Origin: an uncultured delta proteobacterium
Lineage (GTDB): Bacteria > Desulfobacterota > Binatia > UBA9968
Direction of reading: 5' to 3'
DNA: 64,000 nt
Assembly: GCA_963760795.1 (NCBI GenBank)
Contig: CAVXEP010000033.1
Span: 57,192-121,191 of the forward strand
Shown one piece after another: positions 61,892 to 64,000 of this stretch. The position numbers were made by a program, and so were the translations under genes. Numbering within the stretch: position 1 is the stretch's first letter; the number at the start of each line of letters is the position of its first letter. The notes below the pieces were generated by a model. It was given only the letters and a program-made list of their open reading frames with translations, did no database searches and was not told the DNA's origin.

Positions 61892-62023
61892 TTAGTACGA
61901 CCACAACCTCGGGTCTTGCCGCAGTGCGTGCCACCCTTCTCTCTCGCCTTTGACAGCTGCGATGACTCCAGTGAGATCGATGGGAATGAGCTTTTCCATG
62001 GACCGACTATAGCGCTTTCGAAA
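61892..62023 (-). pseudogene. truncated second copy of the 3-HAO 5' end (contains direct repeat copy 2, 61957-62023)
   Basis: MEKLIPIDLTGVIA identical, then diverges (AVKGEREGWHALRQD vs EVKAEGKTRRVLWQD) and stops. Confidence 0.85.
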
Positions 62024-62140
62024 GCGGCGGAGCAACAGGCATTGCCTCACTCCTCGCCGGCGTTTAAGATGCGAGATCGGTCGCTTGGACGCGGCGATAT
62101 TGAAAAAGCCAAGGACTGAGCTACTTAATATCCGAGGAGA

Positions 62141-62899
62141 ATGAAAATGCTTATCACCAATAAACAGTCGGGGACGAATGTCCATGAGGTCGCGGATGGG
62201 ATTTACCGCATCAATACGCCGGTGATTATGGAGGGCGGGCCCGGCGGGTTTTCGTTCAATCAGTTTCTCATCGCCGATGAAGCGCCGTTGCTCTTCCACA
62301 CCGGGCCGCGCAAGATGTTTCCGCTGGTGCGCGAGGCGGTGGCCAGCGTGTTGCCCGTGGAACGGTTGCGCTATGTCGGCTTTTCACACGTCGAGGCGGA
62401 TGAATGCGGTTCGCTCAACGAATGGCTCGCGGCGGCGCCGCAGTCCGCGCCGCTGTGCGGCAAAGTGGCGGCGTTGGTCTCCATCGATGACATCGCCGAC
62501 CGGCCGGCCCACGCACTGGCGGATGGCGAAACGCTCGCGCTGGGAAAACATGCCGTGCGCTGGTTCGACACGCCGCACCTGCCGCACGGCTGGGAATGCG
62601 GTTTCCTGATGGAAGAGCAGACGCGGACTTTACTGTGCGGCGACCTGTTCACCCAGGGCGGCGCCGAACATCCAGCCACCACCGAGGCGGATATTCTCGG
62701 GCCGAGCGAGGCGTTCCGTCAGGCGATGGACTATTACTCGCATACACCGAATGCGCGAGCGATGCTGGAAAGACTGGCCGCGGCCGGACCGACAACGCTC
62801 GCGTGCATGCACGGCAGCACATGGAAGGGCGACGGCGCCAAGCTTTTACTTGCGCTAGCCGATGCGCTGGCGGCATCATCCGGCGCGCAACAACCGTGA
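62141..62899 (+). CDS. stand-alone MBL-fold protein (FprA/ODP-like N-terminal domain)
   Basis: FNQFLI, SHVEADECG, TPHLPHGW, CGDLF, ACMHG; no flavodoxin domain. Confidence 0.85.
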   Translation: MKMLITNKQSGTNVHEVADGIYRINTPVIMEGGPGGFSFNQFLIADEAPLLFHTGPRKMFPLVREAVASVLPVERLRYVGFSHVEADECGSLNEWLAAAPQSAPLCGKVAALVSIDDIADRPAHALADGETLALGKHAVRWFDTPHLPHGWECGFLMEEQTRTLLCGDLFTQGGAEHPATTEADILGPSEAFRQAMDYYSHTPNARAMLERLAAAGPTTLACMHGSTWKGDGAKLLLALADALAASSGAQQP

Positions 62900-62924
62900 A
62901 TTTGCCAGGAAAGGAACGTCGGCG

Positions 62925-63948
62925 ATGAATACTTTGTCACCAGCTCGAATCATGGAAGTAGGCTTGGCCTTTTGGCCGTCTAAGGTTTTGCTCTCGGCCA
63001 TCGAGCTCGGCCTTTTCACCGAGCTTGGCGCGAAATCGATGACCGGCAGCGAACTGCAAGAGGCGCTTGGGCTTCATGCGAGAGCCAATCCCGATTTCTT
63101 CGACACGCTGGTGGCGCTGCGTTTCCTCGAACGCGATGGCGATGGCCCGCAAGCGCGCTATCGCAATACCGATGAAACCGCATTGTTCCTCGACCGGAAC
63201 AGCCCTCAGTTCATGGCCGGCTTCTTAGAAATGGCCAATGCACGGCTGTACCGATTCTGGGGCGATCTCACCGACGGGCTGCGCACCGGCAGCGCCCAGA
63301 ACGAGATCAAACACACCGGCGCGCCGATGTTTGCCGAGCTTTACAGCAAACCCGAGCGGCTCGAACAATTCATGGACGCGATGAGCGGCATCTCCGCGGC
63401 CAATTTTCAGGCGCTGGCCGAGAAGTTCGACTTTTCCCGTTATCGCACGTTGTGTGACGTCGGCGGCGCCACCGGCCAACTGTCGATGCTCGTCGCCAGG
63501 CAGCATCCGCACCTGCGCTGCACCTCCGCCGATCTCCCCGCCGCTACCGCGATAGCCGCGCGCAAGATTGCCGCCGCAGGACTTGCCGATCGGGTCACCG
63601 CGAAGGCTGTCGATTTTTTCGCCGATCCGTTGCCAAAGGCCGATGTCATCACGATGGGAATGATTCTGCACGACTGGAATCTCGATAAGAAGCTGCATCT
63701 CGTCCGGGCAGCTTTCGCTGCCTTGCCTCCCGGCGGTGCGTTCATCGTCGTCGAGAACATTATCGACGACGCCAGGCGTGAGAACGCCTTCGGACTCGAT
63801 GATGTCGCTCAACATGCTGATCGAATTCGGCGACGCCTTCGACTTCACGGGTGCTGATTTCTCCCGGTGGTGCCGCGAGGTTGGCTTCAGCAGGACCGAA
63901 GTGATTCCATTGGCTGGGCCGGCGAGTGCTGGCGTAGCTTACAAATAG
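62925..63948 (+). CDS. O-methyltransferase (Methyltransf_2, dimerisation domain), frameshift near 63800
   Basis: SAIELGLF, DVGGATG, DFFADP, ILHDW, LPPGG; C-terminus continues in ORF 63736-63948. Confidence 0.9.
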
Positions 63949-64000
63949 CCCAAGCAGTAGGACCGCGCCTCTCGAGTTGGCATCGATCCCTTCGGCGATT

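Noticed and set aside
61892-62299. 135-aa ORF as a real gene
   Set aside because: It is a chimera of sequence antisense to the MBL gene and the duplicated 3-HAO 5' fragment.

Overview
This is a GC-rich, gene-dense bacterial window. It has many orphan solute-binding proteins, amidohydrolases and short intergenic palindromes, which resembles uncultured Deltaproteobacteria-like soil lineages such as Ca. Binatia (taxonomy is inference only). Contents: two GSTs; a Tat-type amidohydrolase; about nine solute-binding proteins; an orphan ExeA-like ATPase; a TetR-MFP-RND efflux operon; tandem dienelactone hydrolases; a ThDP enzyme; a six-gene signalling locus (STAS, anti-sigma kinase, MBL hydrolase and CHASE2-PP2C converging on FecR-domain and OmpA-lipoprotein genes); a ~14 kb LysR-associated catabolic/transport cluster; a core MetE-like gene; a candidate 6S-like RNA; a RAYT transposase with REP sequences; an RRE/PqqD-pseudo-M50 gene paired with a cNMP-binding gene; a desaturase; msrA; an AKR; TPM, ferritin-like and 3-HAO genes; and a ~3 kb insert bracketed by an exact 67-bp direct repeat that carries a secreted repeat protein. 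About a dozen genes have single-base frameshifts, most likely long-read assembly errors. I recognised no rRNA, tRNA or CRISPR array. All calls come from motif recognition by eye; no database searches were run.
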